A DNA stretch of 64,000 nt, taken from the NCBI GenBank assembly GCA_964626845.1, contig CAZVGR010000005.1:36557-100556 (forward strand), written 5' to 3'. A program made the translations under genes and the position numbers. The notes beneath the pieces are model-generated. The model did no database searches. It was given only the letters and a program-made list of their open reading frames with translations, and was not told the DNA's origin. The stretch comes from an uncultured Anaerolinea sp. (GTDB taxonomy: Bacteria > Chloroflexota > Anaerolineae > JAAEKA01). Positions 62,869 through 64,000 of the stretch are shown in pieces. Numbering within the stretch: position 1 is the first letter of the stretch; every line of letters starts with the position of its first letter.

Positions 62869-63429
62869 GTGAACGTGATCAATCGTATCGTCACCATCCT
62901 GGTGGTGATCCTGTTGTGGGCGCTGATTGTTCTGGTCGCGATTGTACCGGAGCAGGCCCTGTTCTGGGGGCGCCAGGCGATCGACTGGATCGAGATCAGT
63001 CTGTTTCAGTTGGCAGCCATGCAGCCGGCCTGGCTCTATCCCCTCCTGCGCGGGGCAACGGTGATCGTGACGACGCTGCTTGCTCTGGCATGGCTGATGC
63101 AGGAACTGCGCCGCAAACAGACGCCCGTGGTCAAAATGCGCCTGGCGTCGGGCGGCGAGGCCGCCGTAACCGCCGACTCTATCAGCCGGCGGCTGGCCTG
63201 GCATATCGATCAACTGGCCGATGTGAACAGCGTGAGGCCGGTGGTGCGCACACGCGGCGCGGCCGTGGATGTTGATTTGAACCTGCAAACGGCGCCAGAT
63301 GTGGACGTGCCAATGAAGACGGAGGAAGTGGTGGCGGTGGCGCGTGAAGTCATTGAGACGCAGATGGGCCTGCAGCTCAACAAGGTCAAGGTCAACATCG
63401 ATCATGCGCCCTTTAAGCCTGCGCTGTGA
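62869..63429 (+). CDS. Membrane-anchored Asp23/Gls24-family protein (AmaP-like)
   Basis: GTG start. N-terminal TM IVTILVVILLWALIVLVAIV. C-terminal RGAAVDVDLNLQTAPDVDVPMKTEEVVAVAREVIETQMGLQLNKVKVNI resembles the Asp23 fold. Confidence 0.45.
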   Translation: MNVINRIVTILVVILLWALIVLVAIVPEQALFWGRQAIDWIEISLFQLAAMQPAWLYPLLRGATVIVTTLLALAWLMQELRRKQTPVVKMRLASGGEAAVTADSISRRLAWHIDQLADVNSVRPVVRTRGAAVDVDLNLQTAPDVDVPMKTEEVVAVAREVIETQMGLQLNKVKVNIDHAPFKPAL

Positions 63430-63546
63430 GAAGCAGGTCAACTGCTGGCAGCGGCGCAGGCTGCATCACTGTCAATCACAGCCAAAACGCGCATGCGCTG
63501 GATGGTAACGCAGCGAGCTGGCGGTGCATCTTAACGGTGTTGCATG

Positions 63547-63658
63547 ATTACTACTCAGGTCCAGGTGCCGGGCACTTGCATTTGCGCCTACTAACGAAGT
63601 CTATGAAGCCGATTTTAGCCGTCAATGAACTGCAAGTGCCCGGCACCTGAGTAGCTAC
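63547..63658. mobile_element. MITE-like element family 1 (112 bp) with perfect 8-bp TSD GTTGCATG
   Basis: Ends ATTACTACTCAGGTCCAGGTGCCGGGCACTTG ... CAAGTGCCCGGCACCTGAGTAGCTAC. TSD at 63539-63546 and 63659-63666. Confidence 0.8.
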
Positions 63659-63706
63659 GTTGCATGAACCATAACCCATAAATCCCGCCTACGGAGAGAG
63701 CAAAAT

Positions 63707-64000
63707 CATGGCATTGTTTGAGTCTGTCAAGAAAACGTTCAATAAGCCGGCGCCTGTGCATCAGACCTCGCAGACCGAAGCTGCCCAGTCAGCCGGCCGC
63801 CAGCACGCAGCGCAGCCAGAGCCGCTGGTGGTACCTGAAATCCAGCCGGCTGATCTAATTCCTCAATATCGCAACGGCGCTGCTCCTAAGCTGTTGGATT
63901 GTCGAGAGCCATTTGAGTGGGCGCAGGTGCGCATACCTGGCAGTTTGCACATTCCTATGAATGACATCCCAGCTCGTCTGAGCGAACTGGACCCTGACGA
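63707..64000 (+). CDS. Single-domain rhodanese-like protein, 5' partial (runs off window)
   Basis: ATG 63707 with RBS GGAGAG. MALFESVKK...LLDCREPFEWAQVRIPGSLHIPMNDIPARLSELDPD is a typical rhodanese N-terminal half. Confidence 0.6.

Overview
High-GC (~65%) bacterial chromosomal segment. Gene content (DUF11 surface giant, TP/PT-rich linkers, many hybrid histidine kinases, membrane multiheme cytochromes) suggests a Chloroflexota-like organism, but that placement is inference. Main contents: (i) a 3' partial octaheme OTR/HAO-like cytochrome c lipoprotein, a divergent HTH-PocR regulator and a His-rich NifX-like protein; (ii) a ~20 kb minus-strand array of seven paralogous sensor/hybrid histidine kinases plus an orphan solute-binding lipoprotein; (iii) a 5.5 kb gene for a lectin/DUF11/PKD surface giant; (iv) two metallophosphoesterases, a thioredoxin-like [2Fe-2S] ferredoxin and an Ala/Gly-rich protein; (v) a copper module (PCuAC chaperone + DeoR-HTH/TRASH regulator) and a LysR regulator divergent from (vi) a translationally coupled operon (35.5-43.1 kb) encoding a lipoprotein with four catalytic-Cys rhodanese domains, a membrane-anchored monoheme c, a decaheme c, a nonaheme c, a FdnI/HydC-type dihaem cytochrome b fused to a dihaem c domain (CbcL-like) and an octaheme c, giving ~30 c-haems + 2 b-haems: a candidate quinol:multihaem-cytochrome electron-transfer/sulfur-redox module; (vii) housekeeping genes queA, ruvB (interrupted by a ~508-aa LAGLIDADG intein in the Walker-A P-loop, low-GC), fmt, tRNA-Pro(GGG), a PdtaS/PdtaR-like HisKA_2/ANTAR two-component pair, and a GT2/GT39-like/YfhO membrane glycosylation cluster. 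Superimposed are at least nine copies of two related MITE-like elements sharing GTTACT(A/G)CTCAGG termini, six of them flanked by perfect 8-bp target-site duplications, all intergenic, several inside promoter regions. No CRISPR array, rRNA or transposase gene was seen. Many long ORFs in the supplied track are antisense shadows of high-GC genes and were not called.
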